A stretch of DNA of 63,969 bases, the filler included, from Phoronis australis (Eukaryota; Animalia; Phoronida), in NCBI GenBank assembly GCA_002633005.1. It is 10 parts of 10 records of this genome, joined end to end, with 100 filler letters (N's around TTAATTAATTAA, not from the genome) between each part and the next. Parts side by side here need not be neighbours in the genome. Positions count along the whole stretch, not along the records: positions 1 to 13,310 come from NMRA01000454.1; 9 more parts are not named here. One strand, 5' to 3'. Below, one piece after another: positions 1 through 12,146 of the stretch. Numbering within the stretch: the first letter of the stretch is position 1; every line of letters begins with the position of its first letter. Below the pieces are notes generated by a model, which searched no databases, was not told the DNA's origin, and was given only the letters and a program-made list of their open reading frames with translations. Made by a program: the position numbers and the translations under genes.

Positions 1-923
1 AGTGTCCAGTTCCATGTTCAATTTCTGCCCATTGACTAACACTGACATCATGAACTTCTTATCGCTCGCGATACCTAAATCAATGTCAACTGTCCCCGAG
101 TCAATATGAAACAAACCGTACTCACCGGTATCCGCTTCCGCACCACGTGATACTGAATTCATGGGCTTACCTCCCTTGACCTTGCAGCACACAGCCAAGT
201 GCCCCACTTGATTACATTTCCTACAAACCGCACTCTTTTTTGGGCACTTGTTCGCAAAGTGTCCAACCACGTTACACCGGAAACATCGTTTATCCTGGGA
301 TGTACTGGGTCCCCGTTGTTTCCTATCCTATTTCCCCCAACCATGTTGCTTGTGTTTGTCAGTTCCCTTATCTACTCCATGGATCGTCCCACGAGCTCCT
401 TGTCCGTCGCCGTACACAACTAAATTTTTCTCGGTCAGCATCACCTGTTGTGCAATTTCCACTGCCTTGTTGAAAGTCAACTTTAATCCATCTGTGTTTT
501 CCAACAATTTTGTAACCGCTGACTGCGATTTCACACCCTGAATGAGTTGGTCTACCAACATTTCATCGAGTCTCTGCCCGAAATCACACTTCCGAGCAGC
601 CTGTTTCAATCGGACACTGTAGTCTAACACTGACTCATTAGACTCCCTCACAATTGCCCGAAATTTGGCTCTCTCCGTGCGTGCATTCGTAGTTCCTCCG
701 TAATGAGAACTCAACAGTGCAATCAGCTCGTCAAAGCTTTTCTCCAACGGCTTATCAGGGGCGCTCAGATTCTTCAGAACCTGATACTGTCCCGCGAAAA
801 CCCTGTGATCAATGAATGAACTTTTAGCTCATTTGCAGTCTTGTCAAGCACAAAGTAGCTCTCCAACCGTTCCACAAAACTATCGAAGTCTTCCTTGTCT
901 TCTTCAAACCTCGGTGGTTTCAT
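1..923 (-). mobile_element. Ty3/Gypsy (Mag-like) LTR retrotransposon gag-protease region, degenerate and truncated by the window start
   Basis: The minus strand reads MKPPRFEEDKEDFDSFVERLESYF from the ATG at 923, then has a frameshift near 790-800. It continues as EKSFDELIALLSSHY...ERAKF...ESVLDYSVRLKQAARKCDFG..LDEMLVDQLIQG (gag) with an in-frame TAG at 328-330. Two CCHC knuckles follow (CFRCNVVGHFANKC, CRKCNQVGHLAVCC), then in-frame VNGQKLNMELDT, the start of the aspartic protease motif, at the window edge. Confidence 0.9.
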
Positions 924-941
924 TTTTATCCTCGTCGCCAC

Positions 942-1103
942 TGTAGTATAGCCGATGGTTCGGATGAAATCTGATTTATTTCTGAGAGCAGACTAAAACA
1001 ATACCACGCCAAAATGGCTGCTCACTGAAGACTCCCAAAGTGAGGCTGTCCACTCCAATACTAAAACTACTCAATAGATGTCACTGCAAGACAGTACATC
1101 ACA
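942..1103 (-). repeat. 5' LTR (~162 bp) of the Gypsy element, with primer-binding site at 929-940
   Basis: On the minus strand it runs TGTGATG...TACTACA (TG...CA termini) and contains AATAAA. It is followed after 1 nt by TGGCGACGAGGA, a PBS typical of Mag-clade elements, and then the gag ATG. Similarity to an unrelated repeat begins exactly at 1104. Confidence 0.8.
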
Positions 1104-2900
1104 GCTGGCATGATAAACAGCCAACAGCACTTAAAGAACATCGCTATGATGTGGGGAGAAAGTTGGCTACCAAAGTCACTGGTATTGAAATGGAAGGTGA
1201 AGTTCATGATCCAACAGCATGCTCGTTGAACTCAATTTGGCAACAAAAATCAAGAAGTTTGACATATAACCTTTGCTATGCATTTTAGTCACTGAGTGTT
1301 CCCAGTACATAATAGTCAACTTGGAAATGCGCTGTGTGATGTTCTATATTACAACTCAACAAAAAGTGAAGCTGTTGTGGAACATGCTACTCAACAGCCT
1401 ATGCAGCCATGGGTGGATTTTCTTGACGTGGAGTAACGTATCAATCAATCCGACTAATCAAACAGCACAACTCTCTCACTTATAACCGCAGCATTTGGAT
1501 TTGTAAGCTCATTTTGTGAATTCACAAAACATGGCTACCCATCCAAAAAGCATGGCCCCTGTGGTTGCATCCGCTCCTCACACAATCTTCCTTGAGTCAT
1601 GCACATGGTTCTTAGTCACGTGAGTTTTTGAATCTATTTTGGTAGCAAAAGGTGTGTTTGATTTGTGTGAACATGGTCCGGCTTTCAATTAGGTATGTGA
1701 GTAGTGTTCACGAGTGCTTAACAATTTTTGTTCTGGTAGCCTGCAAGTGGAATAGATAACACATACTATCTTGTTGATTTTTGCATTTACAAGTGAAAAA
1801 ATGCAAGCAGTTTGTACCCAAACAGCAGGAGAGTCATACAGCACACTGGGGTGCGCTTTGAAGTCCGCTTAAAGACCTTAAAAAATGACTGAAAGCGTAA
1901 AGTTGTTTTTGACTGATGCGTTCAACGAAGGCATTAAAACTGGTCAAAAAAGCAATCCAGTGAATTATTCTCAACAAACAAGAACTCCAGAACACAATCA
2001 TAGACCTTCTGTTAGAATATTCATGTTGTGCACCTTACGTCGTGTCTTTTGCTATGGAGTATTATTGCTAGTGAGTTTTATTGTGTGAAGTTACTTTTTA
2101 CGCCAAGAGTGTCCTTTTAACCGTCGTTTCCAGGTTATTTGTATACATTGACACACAGTACAAGCCAAATGTATTCAGACAAAATGACCCGGATTTCCTT
2201 GTCATGATGGTGGGACAAAAGTAAAATTCGTGGTCAAGGTGGTCTTCCTTTGTGACTGAAAATTAAGAGAAACAAGGACTAGCCACCAAGCGTTATTTTT
2301 GCCTTGTTCTTCCCATTATGCTGCCATCCCATTCGTTTTGTCTGGTATCTGCTGCTGCTGCATCTCCAAATCCTTGTTTACATGCAATTTACAAATGAGA
2401 TGACACAAGAGAGTTTTGGGATGTATTTGATTACTACTGTGTCCCTAGTGGCAACTTTACTTTTTCATCTATATCCAGCACGTTCGTTTGAGTGATTTTC
2501 ATATAATTTTGCAAATAAGTTTCAGTTATGGAGACAGCCACACTTTCCTATTTCCTGGCGAGCCTATGTAATTTGTACAGAAATGTTGCCATTGAGATGA
2601 GCACGACTGACATTGATTGTTGATTGTACGTTATCTTATGGTGCCCCTTAATGGCAGAGCTGTAGTGGTGAATTTAAAGATGAGTATGTGCCCAACGCGC
2701 ACCGTATAACCTTGAGCACTGAACGTAACTTATGGTGCGTAGGCAAAACGTTCAAATGCCAAAAGGTGGTTGGTTGAGCCTACCTGGGCCTATGCCCCAC
2801 TACAGTGCTGTTTAATGGTAATTAAGGTTTTCGTTGTTTATGCCTCTATATTTACCAAGTTTGTTGATGTATTTTTGTGCAATATGGTATATTTGTTTAT
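1104..2900 (+). mobile_element. DNA transposon remnant (Sola3-like C-terminal region), the host of the LTR insertion
   Basis: 1104-1258 and 2523-2900 match the reverse complement of ~30900-31438. The degenerate reading G.ALK...KMTESVKLFLTDAFNEGIKTGQKSNP (1850-1960) resembles the GWALK...F..G..TG.K.DP C-terminal motif I recall from Sola3-type transposases. Confidence 0.6.
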
Positions 2901-4899
2901 GTTGAAGAAACGAGAACAAACTGTTATTTTCGGCTGGATTTAAAATATCCTGTGCCACTAAGTATTGTTATTTCTGGCAGCAGCTTCTCTGTCCTTAAAA
3001 TTGCTTGGAGGATAGCTATGGAAGTTTACTCATATGTTCCTGTTAAGATGATCACGACTGACATGTTTTCTGATGGATGCAATCACCGAGGCTCCCAGAG
3101 TGGCGAGTTGTTTGTTTATCGGCGCCGCCGTATTTACAAAGTTCTGTTGTTGAATCTGGGTGATATTTGATGTGTGTGTTAAATTATTGAGGAGATTATG
3201 CCTGTCATAAAATTCGGACATGTCTGAGTGCTGTGGCGTCTTCTACTGGTTCTGTATCAACCAAGTATCTTGATGTATGGAATTTGGCATAGATATGTCA
3301 GCGATTGTCTTGTCAACTACGACCAAAGGCTGCGTTGTATAAATTTCCTGCGTAATAAATACTCTACTGATGTGTTTTCTATGTGTTGCAAGTCAGAGTT
3401 TCCACGAGTGTAAGATAATACAACACTTAACTTCACCAATACCTTACATACACAAAACGTACCGAGAGTGAAGTACATGAAGTAATATCCCACGAGATAT
3501 TATTCCGCGTACCGACCGAGACCGAAGACATGCGCTTCAAATCCCTAAGTCTCTTGCATTTTTTCGGCAGATTTTTCAAATACTTCACCCAGACTGTTCA
3601 CATGGCGGATCACATCCTATATATATATGTACTTGCGCGTTAGGTTGCAAGTTTTCTCTTGTAAAAGAAACAGTTTTAAAAGTAAAGGTTTGTTTCTTGA
3701 AAAGAGGTAGCGAAGATGAAAACTACGTTAACCGAGCAGTGAACTTGTAATATCTCCTGGAAATAGTTAAAAACAACAACATTTGATATTTTAATTTCTT
3801 AGTAATCGGCGCCTGAGTTGCAGAAGATATGGTATTCAGCAATTAAAAACTGAGACATAAGTGTCTTATAACTAACAGTTTTGTTCCAGATTTTACGTTT
3901 AGCGCCTGGTTGCATGTCGAGTGTTAGGTACACTGTTGCAACTGTATTACTTAAAACTATTAATCGGAAAGTTTGATGATCGAACCGGCTTAAGACGTCG
4001 AGTCGACACTGACCTACTTTTTGAACTTTCCATGTCAGAGGTTGCTGTTGAAGTAGTGTGGGACGTGAATACGCAAAACATTATTTCATGGCCATATTTC
4101 CCTCCACAGATTCAAAGCACATGGGATAAATAAAATAATTTGACATTTTTGTAGTCTGTCTGTATTTCAAATTTATAGCACCACTGAATTTGCCCCTTTT
4201 GAAATTGTGGATCTGCTAACTGGGTTACATCTGGCGCCCAGATTAACCAAAGACATTCCTAGCTATATGTAGTATTTTTATGTACATCTCGAATTCATAT
4301 TGTGTTAGTGATATTCTATAATCACGGTTGGAATCTTCTGGTCCATTCTCACTAGAAGCAGCAATGCTTCATTGAATCTACGTTTCAGTCCTTTCCTTTG
4401 CAATCGTCATCACTAAAATGGAAGTCCCGGTGATAATTGTAAATACAACTGGTTGAAACTTTGCTTCAAGAACTTTTGGGTGGAGGTTGACGAAAGCACT
4501 CCTATAGAAATAGCAATAGCCAATATACGTTTTCTGTGCATTGAATTGTTTGCCAAAATGTAGGATTTCTCAAAGTTACGCCCTTGGGCCCCCCCTTAAT
4601 TATTGAACTGGCACTGCGTTTTATTTAAGTACAACTTGTTCAACAGAAAGTTCATTTTTACGACTCGGTAAACCGGTGCGCCAACTGATGAGCAGCAGAA
4701 AAATTAATACCCGTAGAAGTTTCACCTTTACCGGATCAGCGCTCCCCGTCGGTCTTTGGTACTTAAAAGGAATGGTTAGCAATTACCATTCAACCAACTA
4801 AGATTATTGGATTGTCTCGTGTTAATATACGTTCCTATTTTTTGGAACCACGTTACATTTACCAGACGTCAAACAAACATTAGGGAACCGACAATTGCC

Positions 4900-5550
4900 A
4901 TCGTTTTGAGGCCGTAATTTCAGCTTTAATTGTAGAGTTGTGAGCACCAGCCGCAACAATTTAAATGTAATTCAGATTTCGAGCTTTGATAAATCTGAAG
5001 GCTCGTTTTTTGTTACTCATAAATCTTTAGAAATTTGTCGGTTTGTTAACTGGAGTGTGACAGTAACGGCGAACAAGACGATATCAGCAAAGTGGGTGGT
5101 TTCAATCGAAGCATGCAGGACATACAAATCGTTGTCCACAAGTGTTTTGATAAGTATGTACCCTAAGTAGGCTCAGCTTTCACATGTAGTATGCCACTTT
5201 TCTGAGTGACGTTGCGCCGTAAAAGAAATAACGATCCAATTTAGGGCATTTCCACCAGTTACACAGCTTGGTTCGGGGGTTGAAAATGTAACAAAAGTAG
5301 CTAACTTGCGAATACGTTTCAATTATGAGTTTGACATTTCCAGGTAGACACAAGTTGTGTTTATTCAGTATGTCATTCTTGGTTTCGATTAATTTGTCAT
5401 TGTGGCACAGTGATGCAATAAACATGCTAAAATTTGATGGTTTCCGAAGCCATGAACTAACCAAAAATTTCCATGGACAGTTTTCTGTGAAGAAGTTACA
5501 TATCATAAATAAAATTATTTTAGGTGTTGACCATTCCACCAAAAAGAAAA
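4900..5550 (-). pseudogene. Highly degraded CR1/L2-type LINE reverse-transcriptase remnant
   Basis: Broken minus-strand frames give TGGNALNWIVISF..QR (compare GI.G..L.WI..FL..R) and, downstream in the expected order, ETTHFADIVLF (compare LFADD). The match is weak. Confidence 0.35.
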
Positions 5551-6998
5551 ACTAAGCTATATTTAAAGAAATCCGTGATATGCCATTTTCCCGTATCTGC
5601 CTGACTCTTAACACCACCGATATTTATTGAAGATTAATGAGTTGTAAGCTGCATTCGAAATAATATTTTTACTACTCCGGAAAGTGATTCCAACAAGGAA
5701 TTAGGGATCATTTTTGACGCTACAACAAATCCGGGCTTTGGGCTGGCCGTTTTTTGCATTCACAGGTACTTCTTGGAATGTGTGCACACATATGCTTTCG
5801 TAGTTTTCTCAGTACGTGAGCAATGAGTCACAAACTGTCCAATAAGTTGAATAACTATGCTGCTAGTAGTGTGGAATCAGACGACATAATCAGTCGCCAC
5901 CGAAGTTTGAATTTTGTAATTACCTGTAATTACCAGCAGCATTGCCAAAAGTACTCACGATACCAACAGGTCTGCTATTGGAAGACTTTTAACAAAGTTT
6001 CAGTGCCGAATTTTTCGTTGTACTGGACAGTCAAGTATATGCAAAAATTCCCCGTCAACATATACCACCCGGAAACTGCACCAGAAAATTTAGGATAGTG
6101 ACGCCTCCTCTTGGTTAGCACGGAGTTGCAAATCTGATAATCTATGATATCACGTAATTCACTAAATTTTGTCATGTTTAGTAGTCGAGAGAATGTTTAA
6201 AAAACTGCGGGTTTAAGTCATAGAACGGTAATAGCAAATGACGATACGTATAATCCTGAATTGGTCGTCTGAATTGGTGACTGATCTGCCGACAAAATTG
6301 CGGACTGCTGAGGCGACCCACCTGACGGATCTTAGCGGAACCTCGCAGGTCAGCTGCTGGTGGCTTAGACGACCGGTCGTCTACCGATTTACCACCGGTC
6401 AGACAAAGATTCGTGATATGAGCTGTATATTGCCAACAGGTATACAACAACAAGCATACAGGATAATGCAACACTATGTGGATTCACGTTATCGTTCTCC
6501 CTCCCAAAGTTTATCAGAACACGGCCATTGGTATCTGCTCACAATCTGTTATTTCAAATCATGTTCCATTTTCTGTTTTCCACCATGAAATTTGTGCGGA
6601 AGCTTATTTGCTTGTTGGTAGGTCTTACGTGACAGTAACTCATCAAAGCAATATTATTATGAAATGCCTAACGAGCCACATGTTGTCGGTCGAAGGGGTT
6701 GTGCGTCATGGGGGTTGTGGGTCGACCGGGTCGTGCGGTGTGGATGTTTAAGCCTTTTAGTTTATGAACAGAAAGGAGGTTTCATTTATGAATTGTTTAC
6801 AAACCAGATATAATGCTTCGCGGTTTCTGGGTTTGTTATTATTTCTTTGTAACAACAGAAAGGAGGTAAGCGTTGTGTTGTGTTACATGTAACTTGATTT
6901 ATCATGTATTTTCAACTTTTTGAAGTTGGTTAACCATTTCAGATAGGAACTTAAATAATTCAATCTTTACCCGACTCTATCCTTGTCTACCTTTCCAG

Positions 6999-7256
6999 AA
7001 CTAGCGAGAGTTACTATTACCGATATAGTTAAAGAAGACGAAAGATCATTTTATGTCAATTTTGCTCCAGTTCCTGGGCATAAACCCCGGTACAGAGTTG
7101 TTTGCGGCACCTACATCTTTTCATTCGGTTCGCCAGATCCCTCTTTCTCTATCCTTTGTCATGGTCTAATTCCTGGAACTGAGTACTCTGCTACCGTGAC
7201 AACATACAAGGAAGGATGGAATGAAGTAGTTTCAGCACCGATGATAGGTAGAACAA
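6999..7256 (+). CDS. Internal exon encoding one fibronectin type III domain
   Basis: The exon has a ctttccAG acceptor and GTGAGT donor, is 258 nt, and is phase 1-1. It encodes LARVTITDIVKEDERSFYVNFAPVPGHKPRYRVVCG...ILCHGLIPGTEYSATVTTYKEGW..VS, which has the FN3 L.PGT.Y.V.V signature. Confidence 0.85.
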
Positions 7257-9499
7257 GTGAGTGTTGGTTACACACGTTCTTTCATCAGGTGACCATTAAT
7301 TGTTTTCCGCTAAGAACGACTCTGGTGAGGCATTTGTTGCAAGAGAGCCTGTTTATCGGATTAGAAATAGCAAATGTTTTCATTCTTGACAAACAGTATT
7401 TTTCAAGCTGACCCTAATAAAGTATCAACTTTCTTCCAAAGAACGTGACGAAGTTGTTACATGTACGCCGATGTGTGAACATTTCAGAACTCGTGTGTCT
7501 ATTGAAGTAACAGGGGATAGATTTAGCGACTAGCAACTCGCAAATGCGACCACGTATTTCCTCTGTCAAGCTGATTGATATCCCAAGTCTTCATGCAGCC
7601 ATTAAAGCACGCGCTCAAAATATTTCCAAGAAGTAAAGTGACAGTAGTAGAAATGGTTCAGCAATTGCATGAAGGGCATTTAAAGAAAGTGCCCTAATCG
7701 TGTGTTTCCATTCCATTGAAGATGATTCTGTGGGGGATACACGATATACATGTACTCCTAATTCCTTTTGGGATATATAATAGGGCGCCTTGGCACTGGC
7801 TGATAATGATTGTCTTAATCCCACAAAGGTGACCGAAAAGCAGTGTCCTATAATAGTACACGAGGTATGCTTATCGTCTATAATTCAATAAAGCCCTTAT
7901 GCGGTCTGACGGTATGGTCCCATATAAAGTAGGGGCATCAAAACCAAACCTCTTTTAGGTTGGTGCCACTCGTTTATTACTATCAGTCTCGCCCAAGTGC
8001 AGCCAAACTGCAGCAGCCTTATGAACATGACATCATGTACCTGGCTAAATAAGTGTATGGCACCTTGATTGGATTGTTAGTGGCATCAGGTGGCAATATC
8101 CATACTTGATGTCACATATCACTCCGTTAGGTCACCTTGAGCCGTGCGTTCAATGATGAAATCAGACCTGCTGGTTTGTACTTCATAATTAGAGACCTTT
8201 GGCAAAGCGACGTGAGCGTGAACTATCGCCCATTTATCACACGTCGTCTTACATGTCATTGTTGCTTTTGACGTAATCCCGATAACGTTTAAGAATTTTA
8301 CAAGAATAGATACGTCCCTTAAACGTGAAATTGTACCTCCGTTTCAATTCTTATTTGATAAGACATCGAAAAGATTTACATCTTGACAGCGATTTTAGTC
8401 TTTCCTGTTCATGTAAGCTTCAATTTAAAATGAACACGATACTGTATATGAGTGCTGTTAAAGTTAAGTTGCAAGAAACCCCTTTTTCCAAAATCCTTAT
8501 TCTGCCAATGTTAGCTGAGAGATAGAATAGATTTTTGAAGGAAACGATTTTGTGTTTTTAACAAATTTTGCATGAATGTATTTTGCTTATATCCGGAAAT
8601 GAATTTAGCAGAAGTTCGTAGAAACGACTTTTTCATATTCAAAACGTGTTTCTATTTTGCATACATTGATGTCCTGTAGGTATGTACTACGAACTGGACA
8701 CCCTGGGCTTAGTTATTCAGTTCACGGTTATTTTCACGTTCACGTGACAATTTTAATGTTTCCATACCAATTTTTGTTACTACAATGTATAACGTGAATC
8801 GCAAGCGCAATTTTAAGGGGAATGTAGTCAAAATAACCTTGCAGTTAATCGGCTCCAACATAAAAATAAAACTCGCATTCGCCCGACTTGTGCGCCAAAC
8901 AAAAGCTGATTCGTATTCGTGGTCAATACACTGAATCCTGAAAGCTATCGTTGATTGGCTGGTGTGTCTATGACGTGAACGACTGGGTATCGGCTGCTTT
9001 TCACATCCATTGTTTATGTCTTATTTTGAACAGTTAACATCGTAATTTATCAATGTATCAATCGTCCTTATTTCTTTTTGTTTTCCTGGTGATGTAAAAG
9101 GTTCGCCATGCCTTTTCGTATGACACCTGGTTGTTCAAACTCTTTGAAAAAAATGTCTTCTAAAGGGCCGGAACATCGCATACCATCGCCGAGTTACCCC
9201 AGCCTTGGCCCAAATCTATCATTTTCTAAGCGTAATCCTCCGCCTTTTCTAACAAAGTAAAGTCATTTCGCCATTTCGAAAACAATACGCTCGGGACAAG
9301 CGCACGCGCCATGTCCTTAATATTTGCAACATCTCTCGGGATATGATGATAGCTTGGCAGCAGCAAAATGTCTTCTGAAATTTGGTTTGCTGGTATCGAA
9401 ACCCTAAAAACTTGTAATGAAGTGAAACCAGTTCCGAATATTTGGTTTGACGTGTACACAACCTCGTGAAAGAACAACAGTTAATTGAAAAATCGGCGC

Positions 9500-9830
9500 A
9501 AAAAGCTGGCCAACAGGTTACGCAATATTTCATGGCGCCGTAAGCCGACGCATAAAATTGCTCCACAAATTTAGCTGCACGATGATGGTAGAATGCCAAT
9601 TTTTCAAACATCGGTAAATGATTTAGTGTACTCAAGGAAGGGTGTAGTTTTTAATGACACTAATTTTGTGTCAGCTTTTATCTGGTAAGTTTTTACCCAC
9701 ATCGGCTCAAAGCTGTGTATTTTGTATACAACGCACACTTGTTCGCAACAATGACATTGTTTTTTTCTCTGATCAGTTATAGGAAGAAACATTCTCCTCG
9801 TGAGAAAAGCTTTTAGCCTTTTTTGCAAAT
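9500..9830 (-). pseudogene. Possible hAT-type transposase N-terminal remnant
   Basis: The fragments HSFEPMWVKTY ... LKTTPFLEYTK ... EKLAFYHHRAAKFVEQF resemble the F...W...Y / L.T.PF..W.K / H....YH..A order of hAT TTF-zinc-finger regions. The region has stops and frameshifts. Confidence 0.3.
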
Positions 9831-10279
9831 GTCTGCACTGATTTTAGTACTGTGGGCCATTGTGTACCCAGGAGATCAAGGTTTCATTGAAGCACTTCAA
9901 TAGTTTCTTTGTTGGGTTAATCCGGATCAACACAGTAGGGTGGCTTGAATACTTTAAAATTGGTTTCACTAAACACGCTTTACAGTCTAACAAACAAGGC
10001 TTTCAGTCTTTTAAACCATGTTGGTGAAAGAAAGTTAGGTCCAAACTTATATCAGGTTGAGAAAGACCAGGTTTTGTTAAAGCACCTTCATGAAATCGGC
10101 TGTAAGAGTCCTCGTACATGTAGGTAACAAGTAGCTACCAGCTTTACTACCAACAGAACAAATTTAGCAGTCAGTCATTATTTTTAGCGGCCAAAGGGGA
10201 GGGGGCAAGACCCCTTCCAGGCAGCGTTAAATTTGAGTCCAATGGAAGAAGATGTTGTGTACAGTCAAACCCGTAGCGC

Positions 10280-11060
10280 TTACAACAACGACGCCCTTTT
10301 GAAGTTAACTTCAGTTCCAACTATCCTACCCTGTCTTCGAACATGGGAGACATCTTTAGTTGATGGGCCACCTCCATATCCATAAAAAACGACCATAGGC
10401 TGGGTGTCCTTGTTGAAGTAATCCACATAAGCTTCGCCAACTAGGGCATTGAATACGGCACAGGAGAGAACACCCATAGACTACATGTATCCCTCTGTTT
10501 TCTAGACCTTGGTTATTCTCATGGAGTTCTATATTGGACCAGAATGCATAAGCTTATTTCGATTCATTAGCAATTCAAGGTGTATCAAAAAGTGCAAGGG
10601 AACCAACACAGAGCTCAACCTTCAAAGCATTGTCAAGTTTTCATTGTTGTTTTTCAGCTGCCAATAAGGACTGAGATGGCAGTTGTGGATCCACTTGTGT
10701 AAAATCAGTATTGTCAACATGAACTCATAAACTTGTCAATGACCCAACCTTTGTCTTTCTTCTTTAATGTGAAGTCTTTCACACATCACTCTTCCATAGA
10801 CAAGAGAATCGCCTTCTTTAGTTCTTTGGCATTTTCGTCATTGACGTTTGTACCTGCAGTAAAACCTGTGGTGATTTTCTGCAATGTTCTCCTTTCAAGT
10901 GGGTTTCTGTTGTTGAAGAATTCAACAAGGATGAGAATGTCTGTGTCATATCGTGACTGTATTGCATGGATACATTCTTGATGTTGCTCACTTGATTGAT
11001 ACTTCAGTTCCGTCATAATGTGCAGGGCAGCATTTAAACTTAAGCGTTTTGCCTAGAAAA
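10280..11060 (-). mobile_element. Academ-like DNA transposon coding remnant
   Basis: Successive broken frames give QSSEQHQE...RNPLE...ITTG..A...VN.ENAKE...IL.SME, then FTLKKKDK, VDPQL, VELC...LALFD and VVFYGYGGGPSTKDVSHVRR. This is the motif order I recall from transposases with an XPG/PIN-like domain (AcademX). It lies between the two FN3 exons. Confidence 0.6.
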
Positions 11061-11891
11061 CAGCCATTGTATAGCTGTGTACAGTTCTGTAACCTCTGGT
11101 TAAACTTCTTTTTGGGTTTCACGAGTGTTTGTTCTTCTACAAAAGGCCTTTCTTGTTCTGATTCTTCTTTTAAACTCAAAAATTCTCACGCGGTATGACA
11201 TTCTTACGATCTCCTCCAGGTCCCCGTGTGTAAAGTATTGGTCACGGATGGGCAGAAGAAAACACAATGAGTGACAGTAGTGATGCCACTGGTTTCATCT
11301 TAAACAGATGTCCCGATTTATTAATGCAGTCGCATACCATTCTCCCTAAAATTCTTGCTCTTGGATCTAAAGCAAATCCGGGAATCTAGGAATGAAATAA
11401 CATATGCATTTGATGGTGACTCGAAATTCTTCATCGTCACGTGACTCTATGGTGATGTCACATGCAGCCTAGCCTCATAATTCGCAGAGACCATTTATTA
11501 TTTGGACAATCAATAATCAAAAAATTATAAAAACAACCAACATGAGAATAAAATCAGCCAAACAAAATAATAACACTCGTACTCTTACGGTGATTTAAAT
11601 ACGTTGTTAAGGCCAACGTGGTCTTAATTCAGGAATTGTTTATTAACTGAAATTCTCTGGGACCTCAGGTTAGGGTAAAAGACGAGAAGAATCCATGCTT
11701 TTCTGATGTCGGGCAAGGTATAAAATTGTGCTATAAAGCTTTCAGTTTGATAACAGAAAGGAGCTAAGCATTAGGCCATGTTACATGTTGCTTAGTTTGT
11801 ACCACAGTTTCAAGGTTTTGAACTGGATTACGCTCTGTGATAAAGACTTTATTTCAGTTTACCCATTTTGTGCATGTCTCTACATTTCCAG

Positions 11892-12137
11892 ACCTAGCTA
11901 TTCCTAATATCACCAAAATTGTTACAACTCAGACAACAGTTGACGTCAGTTGGACTGTAGAAGGGAATGCAGGCAAATTCATTCTTAGGTGCGGCGACAT
12001 TCGTATAGAGGCATCTTCCAGTTCTAGAAGCCAACGTTGTAGTAACTTAACTCCTGGAACTTCGTACCACGTCACCGTAACTTCGCGCAAGGCTGGATGG
12101 GATGACAGAGTTTCACTTTGGAAAACCGGTAAAACAA
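11892..12137 (+). CDS. Second internal fibronectin type III exon
   Basis: The exon has a catttccAG acceptor and GTGAGT donor, is 246 nt, and is phase 1-1. It encodes LAIPNITKIVTTQTTVDVSWTVEGNAGKFILRCGD...QRCSNLTPGTSYHVTVTSRKAGWDDRVS, with the FN3 Trp and L.PGT.Y motifs. It is paralogous to the exon at 6999. Confidence 0.88.
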
Positions 12138-12146
12138 GTGAGTATT

